A stretch of DNA of 64,000 bases, taken from contig OZ287749.1 in the NCBI GenBank assembly GCA_965649765.1, positions 21,142,001 to 21,206,000 of the forward strand. Reading direction: 5' to 3'. Position numbers and translations under genes: made by a program. The first letter of the stretch is position 1. Every line of letters starts with the position of its first letter. Below the pieces are notes generated by a model. It had not been told where the DNA came from. It ran no database searches and saw only the letters and a list, made by a program, of their open reading frames with translations. Source of the DNA: Bispira polyomma (Eukaryota). This document shows positions 50,472-64,000 of this stretch, piece after piece.

Positions 50472-51427
50472 TTGACTGCTGGCAGAGCAGCTGGAAGGGC
50501 TCATACAGCCTTCAGACCCTCCACTCAAAAATCTTATAACTTTATGTTCAGAAACTTCCTAGCTTACTGTGTGTTTGCAAATATTGCAATACAACCAATC
50601 ACGGCTACCATTCACTTATCTTTTCTGGAGGTTTTGGCTAAAAACAACACCTCTCACTCTGGTATAGCAAATTATTTGGCTGCAATCAAGGCAAGGTTAG
50701 CCCTATATGGCCTTGCCACCTCAGCCTTCATGGACACTAGAATAAAGTATTTCCAAAAGGCAATTGCATTGCATAAACCCTTTAAAGTACAACTTAAATT
50801 CATCATTGACATTCCTCTGCTGATCCAAATCATCAAAAAATGTGACTTTATATACATGGGTCAGATCTACAAGGCCATCTACCTCTTTGTATTTTTCTCA
50901 TTCATGAGAATATCAAATTTGGTTCCCCACTCTAACTCTACTTACTCACCCCTACAACACCTAGCCAGAGGTGACATCATATTTGCACCTCCTGGCCTTC
51001 AAGTATTGATTAAATGGAGTAAGACATTACAGAGCAGGGATACAGTTAGACTTTCAAAAATACCCTCACTTAGGGGTTCCCCACTGTGTCCAGTGGCTGC
51101 CATTTCCAATATGCTTGCCATCACTCCTGGTCAAAAAAACTCACCTCTGTTTCAATGTAAAAGCTTGGCCATGTGGCTCCCTATGACTGACACTAAATCG
51201 GGCGTAACTTCGCTATCATTCTTAAAGACCTTGGTTTGCAAAAATTTAACATCACTTTTCATTCTTTTAGACGTACTGGAGCCATGTTGGCCTTTAACAA
51301 CAATGTTTCCAATCAAAATATTCAAAGTCATGGCACTTGGACCTCAGAATGCGTCTGGCGCTACATTACACAAGACCATGACTCCTCTGACCAGATGGCG
51401 TTGGCCTTTCAAAATTCACTACATTAA
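50472..51427 (+). pseudogene. Tyrosine recombinase of element 3, frameshift near 51200
   Basis: FMRISN, KWSKT and LCPV in ORF 50472; HSFRRTGA, HGTW and WRY in ORF 51236. Confidence 0.88.
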
Positions 51428-52605
51428 CCTTCCTCTTGTACCTCCTAGTTGGGGTTTTTAGTTCAGGCAATAATCTTAAATGGCATTTATATACACTATA
51501 TATTAGTCAATACTTAAGGCCACCTTAACTTTACGTAACTTAAACTGTAATCTTAAATGAAGTAATAAGATTCGTAACTATACGTAACTTTAATTTAATG
51601 TAATCTTAAATGAAGTTAAGTCAACATCTTAAACTCAGGCAAGGACTTAAACTCATGCTCTTAACTTCAACATTAATTTAAGGTGGTCTTCATCTTTTAG
51701 TTAATGATATTACAATTTGTACATAATCTGTATATCTAACTTGAGTGAATTAAACTAATATGCCCAAAGAATGGTGTTTTAATTATATATTAATTCATAA
51801 ATCCACACTTTGGGGAAGCACTGTGTATGGTGAGGCCGGGGACTCAGCAGGGTCAGTGCTGCCAAAATATTGCTAAAACTATTCTTCTTCAGTCTCTAAT
51901 TGGCCACACTGGGGTCATGGCCCCAGCTATGGGGTCATAACCCCAGCCATTCCCATTCTTTTCATATAATCCTCATTATAAATTTGTTTACCAAGAAGGC
52001 AATACGCCAATTTTAAATATAAAAGTTTCCCTCCCACCACACCCTTATCATGGTATTATATTATATAATTGTACTGACCAACTATTGTATATGTACGTGT
52101 TATATAGACAAATAAATGTGTATTGTATGTGTACATTATGGCATGCATAGGTTTCAACAAAACCACAGGCTGTAAATAGTGTTCTGTAGTTTCAGGAGAA
52201 GATCACAGAGTACAAGGCAAGCATCATAAAGTATGTTCAAGTGCTGTCACTAGAAACAAGAATCATACCAACTCGATTCGTGTGATGTATTCTTGGCTAG
52301 TTGGATCTACTCTGCAATGGAATGCCCGACTCCTGTGATAAGGGGCTACGTAGTAGTCATTTTAAGGCATAGCTAGATAGGGAGCAGACAGTTGCACGTA
52401 AGAGACTTTTCATGGACTGTGTTGTCTGTATGTGAGTGTATGTGTAGTCTTTTAGCTAGTGGGTTATTATGTTTTACTCTATAGTGTTTTTAGTTCAGAC
52501 AATGAACTTAAATGGTATTTTTATACACTATATATTAGTCAATACTTAAGTCCACCTTAACTTTACGTAACTTAAACTGTAATGTAATCTTAAATGAAGT
52601 AATAA

Positions 52606-52835
52606 GACAATAAATGCCTGTTGGTTTCAAAATAGGGGCACAGTAAATGCTTCTTAGTTTCAAAGATAGGGGTACAATAAATGCCTGTTGGTTTCAAAAT
52701 AGGGGCGCAATAAATGCCTGTTGGTTTCAAAATAGGAGCACAATAAATGCCTGTTGGTTTCAAAAATAGGGGCACAATAAATGCCTGTTGGTTTCAAAAT
52801 AGGGGCACAATAAAATAGGGGCACAATAAATGCCC
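52606..52835. repeat. 30-31-bp minisatellite (~7 units)
   Basis: Repeats of caataaatgcctgttggtttcaaaataggggca. Confidence 0.9.
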
Positions 52836-52974
52836 GTTTGTTTCACAGTTAATGTCAGAAAAATAATAAAAGCCATAAAAATTGTATTTATCTATTTAAT
52901 GAGTTGTATGCATGAATGTATGTATGAGTATTGTATGCTTATGTGAGATTCTCACTAACCAGTAGCACTGCAAT

Positions 52975-53075
52975 CGAAAACCAATTGTATTGGAGGAGGA
53001 AACCAATTGTATTGGAGGAGGAAGCTAATTGTATTAGAGGAGGAAACCAATTGTATTGGAGCAGGAAACCAATTA
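52975..53075. repeat. ~21-bp minisatellite
   Basis: Repeats of ggaggaaaccaattgtatt. Confidence 0.8.
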
Positions 53076-53464
53076 TAAACCACAGACAGACAACAATGAA
53101 AATCTCTGAGGTCTTGGGCTTGAATCCCAATAAAGTGTTAATGTTGGCAGTTATATGCCCATGTTGACCTTGATATTGACCTGGAGGAAAGTTTGGGGAG
53201 CTTTATTGAACATCTTTAATTGGCAATGACACAAGTAATGCTAAACAACAGTACCTAGATTTTTAAGATCTCAATATAAATTAACTTCCACAACTTAATA
53301 CAATTGGCTATAATTTATAATCATAATATCACCTACATGAAAAACGTTGAATCACTGCACAATTACAATGTCAACTTAAATAAATTACAATATTATTGCA
53401 CTATCGAATCACTGTACAATTACAATGTCAAATACAATTACAATGTCATTAGGTAGATGGACTT

Positions 53465-54420
53465 AAATTATATTGCCTTGCCAGGGAACCGAACCGGCCC
53501 CTGAATTCATGTAGTGCCCAGGTAGAGTCTGCCTCTTTCCTGCCTGACTGGCCACGTTCCCACCTCTAGCTAGGTTCATGTTCATGCTCGCCAACTCTTG
53601 GTCATTCTTCCAAGCACCACAAACAAGCCTGTGCTGGTCATCTTCGTAGTCGAGCAGTTCCTAGTGTACTTCTCTGTATCATGCGGCTGAGGATGTTGTG
53701 GAGTGTCACACAGGCTAAGACAATGCTGGTGACAGTAGGTGGTACCTGGGGCATGGTTGTCAGCAGACATCTGAACCAGTTGGCGAGTATCCCAAAGGCA
53801 TTCTCAACCACACGCCTGACCCTTGACAATCTGTAGTTGAAGATGCTTTCTTCACGGTGTATATGCCTGCTACTGAAGGGCTTCATGAGCCAGGTCTTCA
53901 GAGAAAGACATCATCTGCCAGCATGAAGTAAGGTGTGGGCCTGTCGTCAAATGGTAGTTCATCTGCCGGTGGTAACCCCAGAGTATCCCCCTCCACGGCT
54001 GCCTTGAGGTCTGACCCGTTAAAAATCTGGGCATCAGAACAGCTGCCATTACACCCCACATCCACCAAGAGAAATTGGTAGTCTCTGTCCACTAACGCAA
54101 GCATTACTATGGAGTAAAAGTCCTTGTAATTGTAATACAACAAGCCAGAGTTGGGGGGGCACTTGACCGAGACATGCTTCCCGTCCAAGGCCAATGCCTG
54201 GCAAAGACTTCCTCCTTCTGCTACCAATCCTGGGGGTTGTCTGGACACTTCAGGACTTGTTGCTCGTAACAGGAATAGATGGCCTCACACACCAGCGGGA
54301 TGAGAAAGGAGATTGTGTTCTTGGCTACACGGAAGTTATACTGCATGCTTGCATAGGAGTCTCCAGTGGCCAGATACCTCAGGGTCAGGGAAAGCTTCAA
54401 GCCAGGAGAGATTGGTGACT
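53465..54420 (-). pseudogene. PIF/Harbinger (HARBI1-like) transposase remnant
   Basis: ALDGKH, YNYKDFYSIVMLALVD, VDVGCNGSCSDAQIF, ADD.F, FNYRLSRVRRVVENAFGILA; frameshifted. Confidence 0.9.
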
Positions 54421-54648
54421 GGAAGAAGGTTAATATAACAGCTGTACATAATATTATAAATCATGGTTAACTTAAAATAATACATTAACACAGAATTTCT
54501 GTTAAAAAACACACGAATTACTTGTATCAAGTCAGAGATAAACTAAAGTTGTAAAATAAATTTGTCCATACCTGTAATAAACTATTTTACTTACAAATTG
54601 TCTTCCTATTTGTAATAATATGTTTTTTTTTTCAAGTACAAATTACGT

Positions 54649-56018
54649 CATATTGCAATCACACTATTATTTCACCAAAAACACTAGGTAACTTATCGAT
54701 GTTACCTGGTTACCATCACCAACTACCCCTGGGCAGATTCAAAAATCTATACACTTTTATACTGAATGGAATTAAAATATAGTTCTACAGTAGGCCACAC
54801 TAAAATGCTAACTCTTTGATTGGAAGTATTTCCTTATACTGAAAGGAAACTATTCTTATTAATGTTGTGGAAAGCAGATTTCCACGTCTGTTTCATCTGT
54901 ATCTATTAGAGTAGTACTCGTGGTCATTATGAATTGACCAACTACTTTCAATTCTGAATGACTACATTATGGATCTATATTGGCAATGATTTTCACTTAA
55001 AATTATTTTAATCCAAGTTCAAGAGATTGGATCCACTATTGCTCCTCCCGATCCGGCGGAGCCACTCCTGGATCTGCTGGATCCATTTTTCAGCCTCTAA
55101 TGAGAACAGCTACTAGACTGATCCAAATATAATAACAAACACAAAAATATTTATATACGACTCTGTTGGTGATTGTACCCCAATCATTCACATCAAGCAA
55201 CCTTATTCGATTTCACACTGGGTCACCATAGTGATACTGCCTTGAGTACTGCTTTGAATCACCTAGATGTGGAATCCATTACTGCATTCAACACTCCTGC
55301 CACTGGTAAAACCAAAACAGGAACCAATCTGAGCAGTGAGACACTCTTCCTTAGTAGATGATGTGTCCAACAAACTTAAAAGACCAGCTGATAACTCCAG
55401 CAAGTGCACCAAGAGAAGGAGAACACAGTCCCCTCTAGTGAACACTTTACACGGGACCAACATTCTGTGAAAAACATTCCTTTCAGTGTTATGCAATGGC
55501 TATAAGAGGACACCAACCCAGATTCCACCACTAGGCATAGACGCTAGGAATTATATTTTATCTTTGCCTTCCCCACCATACACCCTGCAGGTATCAATAT
55601 ATTTGTGTGAGTGTATGCCCTCTTATCACACCCCTAACCCAGGTGTACTTATTTACTTATTTCAAATATTGGGCACCTCATCAAATGACAGACATGCTTC
55701 ATTATGCTTTGTGAAGTCACAATGTCACACATGACTTACATTGGTGCAACTTACATCATATTGCAATCACACTATTATTTTACCAAAAATACCAGGTGAC
55801 TGATCCATGTTACCTGTTTACCATCACCAACTACCCCTGGGCTGATTCAAAAATCTATACACTTAGTCAGAGTATCATTGATGTTCTCAATATGAGACAA
55901 AATCGTAATTCAGTGCTTACCTGTAATGAACTTAAAGTGATGTTAGAACTCTTTTGTACATGAGTGTTGTTTATAATTAATTGATTCACACTTTTTTTCC
56001 TTTTTTCATTTTTATTGT

Positions 56019-56083
<65 letters not shown>

Positions 56084-56608
56084 TATACTCAATGGAACTG
56101 AAATATACTTCTACAGTAGGCCACGCTAAAATGCCTACTCTTTGACTCTGAAACCTATACTTAGTTATATTTTTTAAAATATATTTCCTTATACTGAAAG
56201 GAAACTATTTGTATTGATATTGTGGAAACCATATTTAAACGCCTGTTCCATCTATATCTATTAGATTAGTACTAATGGTCATTAGGAATTGACCAACCAA
56301 TTTCAATTCTGAATGACTACATTAAGGGTCTATATTGGCAATGATTTTCACTTAAAATAATTTTAATCCTATTTCAAGAAAGAGATTGGATCCACTTTTG
56401 CTCCTCCTAATCCGGCGGAGCCACTCCTGCCACTCCTACTTCATTCATTATGGCATTCATCACCCCTGCCACTGGTACACCCATATCTGCAACCAATCTT
56501 AGCAGTGAGACACTCTCCCCAGTATGATGTGTCCAACAAACTTAAAAGGCCAGCTGATAACTCCAGCAAGTGCATCAAGAGTAGGAAATCATAGCCCCCT
56601 CTAGTGAA
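54649..56608. repeat. Diverged direct duplication of a ~0.8-kb unit (54649-55442 and 55757-56608)
   Basis: Collinear shared blocks from catattgcaatcacactattat to ccctctagtgaa; the second copy contains (TA)n. Confidence 0.8.
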
Positions 56609-58467
56609 GGGTGGGGTGGGAGGTAGGGGGTGGGGGGGAGGTTTTTAATGGCATTTCATATTGATGTTGATGTAGCAGTAATGTTTTATAGGAACTACTG
56701 ACACTGAGGCCTAGAAAGTTCCCACTCATATAAAATACTTTAGTTGCATAAAGAGGTAGGGCTCATTTTGTTATCGCAATCTATAATTTGAAGTAGGGGT
56801 TTAATTTGCTTTAAATTCATACCTGCCTTTTGCTGGCCAGTTCATGTGTTTTGCTTTACTTGCTGCCAACTAACCGAATATTTTGTTCTTTGGCGGAGGG
56901 GGGTGGGGGTGGGGGGCGTTGCTTTATCACCAGCATTGCATTATAAACTACTGAACTGATTATCATGAAATAAGGGAGAGGTATGGGCCAAAGAAGAGTC
57001 TATTAAATTTTGGAGCAGCACTAGATTATAAGGCAAATCCAGGATTTTTTAGCCATTTTTAAAAAATGTGACATCTTGGCAGTGGTATGTTCTCTGCTGA
57101 GTGTCATTATGTGAACATTTGTCAAGCCAATATCAATTTTCAATTTTAAGGTTGTTCTAAGCTATGATATACACATAAAGAATGATATTTACACAGATTT
57201 TGAGCATGGAATCAAGTTTAGGACCATGAATGTAAGGGCCATAAAATGCTAAAATTTTGTCATGGTTTCTAGCATTGTTTGAGTTTTACTATACAAGCAG
57301 CCCGTCAGAACCAAACAATGCTAACTTTAACAAAATCCTTTATAATCATGAATCTTGTGAATAATAGTTTGTTTTTCCTTTGTATTTTGCATTAAATATA
57401 TTTTATTCATGTTTGAACAGTGTACAGAGAATTTCTACTATAAAATGATGCAGGATTGATGAATAAAATTCGTCAAAGACAATGTTTATGGAAACTCGGT
57501 TTGAAGTAGAGGTATGATGATTTAATAAAGCAAAAGGTATACCACAAAACAGCAGTTTACCAACATTGCATATTACTAGGGTTTTTAATTTTATCCCTTA
57601 CTTATGGATGTTTCTGATACTATGCACAGAAAATGGTCACAGAAAAGATACACATATAAAATAAAAATTTGAACAATTGTAAAATTTTTATTGTAATTAT
57701 CTTTTTAGAAGATAATACTTACCTTATCCTCACTAATGCTTCAATTTAGTACACCTAAATATGTTCGACCAAAAAATTACTTAAGTCTTTTTTCTAAGAC
57801 TATTCTTGTAATTTTATTCAAATTATTCTCACCAACCTCACTGTGCATGCGCTGGTGTATTGCCATATTTCCCATCCCCCATAAAATGCATAAGGGGTGT
57901 AAAATATGACAAATCTCTTGCCATATTTTGCACCTCCCGTCATATTTTACACCCCCCTTGCCATATTTTACACCCCCCTCACAAAAGTTGACACTGGACA
58001 TGCATTTTTATTTTCTATTCTAACCTTTTATATTTTCTGTTTTTCTAAATTTTTATACTTATTAATCTGAATTTTGTTTGTTGTAACTAATTATAGATAT
58101 TGAGTCAGTGAGTAAGGTATAATTATTAAATGCTTTGAGATATCTAACTTAAAATTGATTAGGAATTCATTAAGTCTAATGTTAATTGGATAATAGATCT
58201 GTGATTTATTAAGAGACTTTTATTATAGTATGATTTGGCTTCTTGATTGTAACTTTACTGGGCACTTATCAATTAATGAGAGCATGGACATATGACTTTA
58301 TAAGATTATGTTCTTTGAACACCTCAACTACAACAAACTGAGATTTTGTAAATGAGATTAAACAGGGTTGGTCTGTATTTTTGATTAGTTAATTGGATTT
58401 TTTGTATGCACACAAGTTATAGGGGCTTCTGACCTACAACCTAAAATTAGTTTGTATATTGGGGGAT

Positions 58468-58650
58468 CTTTGATAGGAAGAAGACAGGGATAAAGCAGGG
58501 TAGGCTTTATCAAGACTTGATTAGTGTGTGATTACGTTAATTGGATTGTGGTCTTGGGTTAACTTTGATAGGAAGAAGACAGGAATCAAGCAGGGTAGGC
58601 TTTTTAGCACTTGATTAGTGTGTTAGTCTGTTAATTGGATAGTGGTCTTG
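58468..58650. repeat. ~95-bp tandem duplication
   Basis: ctttgataggaagaagacagg...cttgattagtgtgt...gttaattggat occurs twice. Confidence 0.75.
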
Positions 58651-58682
58651 AATATTGTCAATGTGCTACCTTAGGTCATTGG

Positions 58683-61600
58683 ATTAATAATATAATAGTT
58701 TATTTTCGTACTCACAGTACATCGTAACTACATAAATGACAAACAGACAATAAAACAGATTAACTAATTATAACAGCACAGTAAGTATGTATAGAAAAGA
58801 GGTGGTAACTTAAATGTACAATTCTATTCATAATTGATCCTCACATAGATATTTTAGCATAAAATTTATTTCATACCTTGTAAATCTTGTAGTGTTGTTA
58901 TCCCTTAGATACAGTAAGTCTTTAATATTTTCTATAATATGACATTCATTTGCCTCATTCATACCATTTCTACAGGTCTTAAAAATCTGGTTACTGTAAG
59001 TCTCAACAAGTTTATCTTTACCAATATTGACCATTTTTGACATACTATTTATATTATTGCTAACATTAGAACTATTCCCTGACAAAGCCAGCTTAGCACA
59101 AGTAGAGATGACATAGTTAGTACTAGAAATACAACTCTGAAAAAACTTTAAAAATCTCTTATACATCTGCATGTACAACTCTTGGTCATCACATATGGAA
59201 CTAACGTACCTGTTGTGGGTACGTGGAGGTAATCTCCATATTAGCCTGACAGACTTCCTCCAGGCTATTGTGAAATCCTTGAATTCTTTACTATTATAAT
59301 CCCACAAAACACATCCATATAGTGACATACAATATGTTTTGAACAATTTAAACCTGACAAATGAATGGGCCGTAGAGAATATAGATTTTCTACAGTTTGT
59401 TGCTACAGTAAATTTATCCTTAGCGACTTTAACCATTTCATTTTTATTCTCAGACCTAATTTGCAACCCTAAATGAGAAACACTTCTAACAGCTTTAATA
59501 AATATACCATAGTGAGTTATACCAGATATATCATCTCTGATACTACTTTTACTGAACACCACCAGTTGATATTTGTCTGGATTAAACTTGATATCAAAAT
59601 CTGCACCAAATTGGTCACATATCTGTAACTTTATTTCAATACAAGAAACCGTTGGACATAGTAAAATTATATCATCTGCATATCCAAAACTACCCATGTA
59701 CTCATTGCCAATATGACACCCCACACCACTTTTCTTTAATCTCATATACAATTTATCAATGTACAATGAAAACAAAATAGGAGACATAACGCCTCCCTGT
59801 TTAACTCCATTTGAGATTTTAAAATATTTCGAGAAATAACTTCCCCATTTAACATTTATCATTTGACACAAATACATATTCATCATCAATTTTGTAACTT
59901 TAGGACAAAGACCTTTATTAACCAACACCTTAAAAAGTTTTCCATATTGCACACGATCAAATGCTTTACTTGCATCTAATAACATTAAGTACATATTTCT
60001 ACTTTTGTTCATATAATACTGAGTAATTTCATTAATGACAAATGAACATTTTGCTGTAGAATGTTGTGACTTGAAGCCAAACTGATATCTACTTGACTCA
60101 AAGACATGCTTAATCAGTTTTAACAGAACTAAATCAAATAGTTTACCAAAAACACTGCTAAGAGCAATAGCTCTATAATTAGTAGAATTATTCAAAGACT
60201 TTCTCTTATCCTTTGGGATAGGAATAAGTGTTGATTTTAACAATTCTGAAGGTATAACAGTGTTTTAACATTGCACAAAATGCTAATGATATGTAGACAT
60301 ATAGTCTGTGCGTCCCATATTTGATATTATTGGTACAATACCTGTGATCACTATCATATTTTCCTAATTTAAGTTTTTTACTTTCACTTATGATATCTTG
60401 TACAGATATATTATGATCTGAGTAACACTTTCCTGATCACATATATGTCCAATGTTCTCATCAACTATATTTTCTACATTTTTCATTTTACTTTTATCAT
60501 ATAATACGCTGTTGTATAGTGATTTATACTTATTTTCAAATAATTCACAAATATTTTTCAAACCATTGACACCATCAATATTACATGCCACACTACTTTT
60601 ATCACTACATTTAGCCTTTTTTATATTCTTCCAGAAATATTTAGAGTCATTAACAATTAAAGCATCTGCCATTTTATTAGCCCTAATAACATCTTAATTT
60701 TTTTTCACATGTCTGATACCGTAGTGATATTGTGCTCTGGTTTTAACCCGCAAATCAGCAATGATACCATCATGTGGACATTCATTTTCCTTCCATATGT
60801 TATGCCATAATAATGCTTGTTTTCTAAGTTTATTAATATTTTCATACCAGCCTGGAATGCCTTTAAACCTTTTCTTAGCTTTTGGAAAACACTTTTCACT
60901 TGCTGCAACACATGCATTTAATATCTTATTATAGAAAACTATGTCAGAAGATACATCTGTCTGACCGTTACTGTTATTATATAGTAAATTGACAGGTATT
61001 TCAATAACTGACAGCCTCAGATCTAGTTCTGTTTTATAATTATTAATATGAATACAATTTGCTTTATCCCATCTTGCTACTGATGGGGGTGTATTGACCT
61101 CTTCACTAATATCATTGTATAGGACTGGCAAGTCTAATTGTAACACAATGGGAGAGTGGTCAGACATGTTATCTACTTCATGTAATGACATACACATTCT
61201 GACAGAACAATTGAGATTTTTACTAACCATAAAGTGATCAATGATAGACTTGGCATAATTGATTTTACTTTCATAAGTATAGTCAACATCACAACATTGT
61301 AAACTTGTGCAACATTCAAGGCTTTCATTCATCATAAATGTTTTTAATACATGTGTTACTTCTTTGGTAGAGTTATTTGTAAGACTAGCATTAAAATCAC
61401 CACCCAGAATAATAAAAGTACTTTCATTTGTAGAGCATATTGCTGATACTTCGCACAGTACATCACAATATTCCTTTAAATCATTTATTTTCATATATGT
61501 ATTAATTAACAAAACAGATTGTAGCCTAATTTTGAATTTAACAGCACACAATCATTTACTGACTGAGAGTATTGGAGTAACATTTAAATTGATGTTATTC

Positions 61601-63130
61601 TTCCACAAAATTGCTAGTCCACCATATGGTCTACCTGCTATAATAACGTTTTGCTCTATTCCTGAGACACAGTGATGGCTGATATTTGATATGTGTTGAT
61701 TAAATTTACCAAACTGACTTTCTAGTAGCCAGTGCTCTTGTATTAGTATAAAGTCATTATTGTTTATCAGTTTACTTACATATTCTAATCTGCCGTAACC
61801 ACTACCATTACTGTTGTATGATGCAATTGATAGTCTATTATCCATTTTGCGTATGTTGTTGCCCTTGTAATGCATCTGTGTATCTTTTTGGTTGATAGAA
61901 CTTCCTCACTCCTACACCCTCTGGCCATATGTCTGGATCCAACAGTTTTGTCATTTGTGATGAGGGAACTGTAACCATGAATGATTTAAACTTGGCACTT
62001 GGGTGTGACTTTTCAATTATTTTTCTCACAGGAAATCCATTTGATCTAAGATGATTATCCAAATCTGTTTCTTCAGTGGTACGGTCTACACGGAAGATGA
62101 AAACATCCCGGCTCGGTTCTGGAGCACCCTTAAACTTAACATCATTGACTGCAGTTCCTTTACCCATGATTATATTCCTGTTTAATCGGCGTTGTTGATT
62201 CTTACGTTGCTGCCTCTGAAACTGAAATCCTTCACTAATCTCAGAGTCGGGAAGAGTCATTTTACTTAGTACATCACCAACGATAGGTTTATCTGGTTGC
62301 AAGATCTTTGGATGGGAATAAAAGGCTTTAGCTGTTTGGTCTCTTTTAGTGTTGTCAGAGTTAGTTGCTGTGCTGCTCATCACCTTCTGGGCATAGGTCT
62401 GAAACCTGTCATTTGTGGAAATCTTCCTGAATGTTTGCGAAGAGTTTATGGCACTGTGACACGTTTCTGAATCATCTGAGAATGGTTTTATAGTCTGACA
62501 CATTTGCTCCAAATTCTGCTGTTAGTTTTCTAACCGAGTTTCACACCTATTTAATCTGTCCATAAGGTTTAGATTATTCAGTTCTTCAGGATGTGACTGA
62601 GGTATTAATCCCAATGAGTAGGCATTGATTGCAACAATTGGAGACTTCTTTGCTTTATCCAAGGCGATAAGGGCATGTATTATGTCACTTATATTCGCTT
62701 GCATTTCAGATCTTGCAGATGATCCTCTTCTTCTAATGTTATCCCCAATAACAGTAGTACCACAATGTTCCCATAAGGCATTTTTTGCTTCAATGATCTG
62801 ATTCAAATCAAAGTTGCCCTCCACAGCTTTCTACAAATTATCTACAGGACCACTTTGCATGGTAAATATGATGTATGACAGTAGTGGCTGGATAAGTATG
62901 TTTTCTCCTTTGAGTGTGCCACTAACACATCCAATAGCTGATCCATCACAGGACTTGTCATTCCCAGGGGTTGAAGTGGGTGCACACTGTAAAGTTTTCC
63001 TAGCCTGGGAATTCCCCCTCCCTCTTGTTTCCTCAAGCAGAACTTCACTTAAGTAATCCCCATTAATTTCTCTTCTGACTCTTTCACACATAGAACACAG
63101 GTCCAGTTCTGCATATCTGAAGTGCACATT
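58683..63130 (-). mobile_element. Near-full-length APE-type LINE (Proto2/RTEX-like), mildly disrupted
   Basis: ORF1 63127-61838 (SRDVFIFRV..KSFMVTVP..WPEGVGVRKFY). ORF2 61845-58828 with SYNSNG, IQEHWL, GDFN, SDHSP, LDASKAFDRV, GVKQGGVMSP, YADD and WRKSVRLIWRLP. AATAAA plus (TAT)n 3' end. Clade assignment tentative. Confidence 0.85.
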
Positions 63131-64000
63131 GTTACCCCTGACATATATTCACAAGTGTGATATTAAAAAACATCACAAAATACATGTATTTCACAATAAA
63201 ATTCACAAAAGTTATTTATATCATCATATTCCTGAAGTACTATGCAATAATTTTATACATTTTTCATATAGTTCCTTGTTGAAAAACCATTATATTTTCA
63301 GTATTTACTGCTATTACCCAAAAAGTTCTGTTTATTCCTCTCCTCTCCTTAAATTACAAATAGGATGAGGACAGTGATGAATGTGGCTTCCCATTGTACA
63401 TGTATGATAAAATGAGTAAACTGTTCCAGGGTTTTTATGATTTTGATATTTATGTTAAACTTAATAAAATAATGCAGTATTGTCCAAAAGAACTAGGATT
63501 ATATGTAGAAACTATCTGGAATAAGCGCAAGGGATTTATTGAGGAACACTAACTAGTCCAACACAATTGTATAGGTATTTGGATATAGGTGAGTTATAAA
63601 CCAACCAGAGGGCTGGGTAACATTTGTTTTATTATTTTATATCAAATGTATTGATTCACTGGACATTTCCTTATGAACCAATAATTATTCAACCAACAGA
63701 CCACTCAGATAATGTAAGTAGAACTGAGTAACAATAAGACGAAACTACTTCACTGATAAGTGTCCTGGCATCAGTAAATAGTCAACCAAAAAGTTGCTTC
63801 ACTCCATGATAAGTGACGCTGTACTCAAAGGTAAACTAAAGTGACTTCACTGAGTTCGTTAAGAACCAGTAAGCACTCAATCAACAACAGCCTATTCAAA
63901 TTCATGTAAGTAGTGCTGTCTGTTAAGGATTAAAAGAATTACTTAACTGGACATTTTAGTAACACAGTAAGAATTCAACCAGCAACTCCATCCACTCCAA

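Larger units (their letters stand above)
35410..52607 (+). mobile_element. DIRS-order element 3 (gag 35410-36390, RT/RH 36400-38823 + 49666-50470, YR 50472-51427), interrupted by two insertions
   Basis: HISPFMTREKP, RRVIIDLSFP, KIDVSRAFRH, LPFGFRHGS and YIDD. RNase H reads ELDACLQGLGGRWGN|QVYTLQLP|LRFQNYAIVHL across the insertions. YR FMRISN, KWSKT, HSFRRTGA, HGTW. Direct repeats ~51455-51570 and ~52487-52607. Confidence 0.88.

Noticed and set aside
52606-52835. 30-bp repeats resembling a CRISPR array
   Set aside because: Head-to-tail with no unique spacers, no cas genes, eukaryotic context; a minisatellite.
63640-64000. actgagt/actcagt-type short repeats at the window end
   Set aside because: Too degenerate and truncated to define an element.

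Overview
AT-rich, intron-containing animal DNA (the repeat types suggest a marine invertebrate such as a mollusc; this is inference). It holds one host gene and many nested transposable elements. (1) An apparently intact glutamate carboxypeptidase II / NAALADase-like M28B peptidase gene (6105-18788, +; 5' exon(s) lie upstream of the window). One internal PA-domain exon is present as five tandem, diverged copies: three complete, one running into an assembly gap, one dead. The three complete copies are phase 0->1 and 3n+1 long, as expected for a mutually exclusive exon cluster. The four open copies differ at the position equivalent to the human GCPII S1' specificity residue Asn257. (2) A 10.8-kb P-superfamily (Galileo-like) DNA transposon (38824-49658; 136-bp TIRs, 7-bp TSD) carries a decayed P/THAP9-type transposase and, divergently, a spliced PIF1-helicase + PHD-finger gene. 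It is inserted in the RNase H of a tyrosine-recombinase retrotransposon. (3) Four DIRS-order (PAT/Ngaro-like) elements or fragments, two showing split direct repeats. (4) An L1/Tx1 LINE, a Proto2/RTEX-like LINE, an L2-like 3' end, a Harbinger transposase pseudogene, several SINEs, MITEs and minisatellites, and a dead partial duplicate of the peptidase gene. All calls come from reading motifs by eye; no database searches were run.
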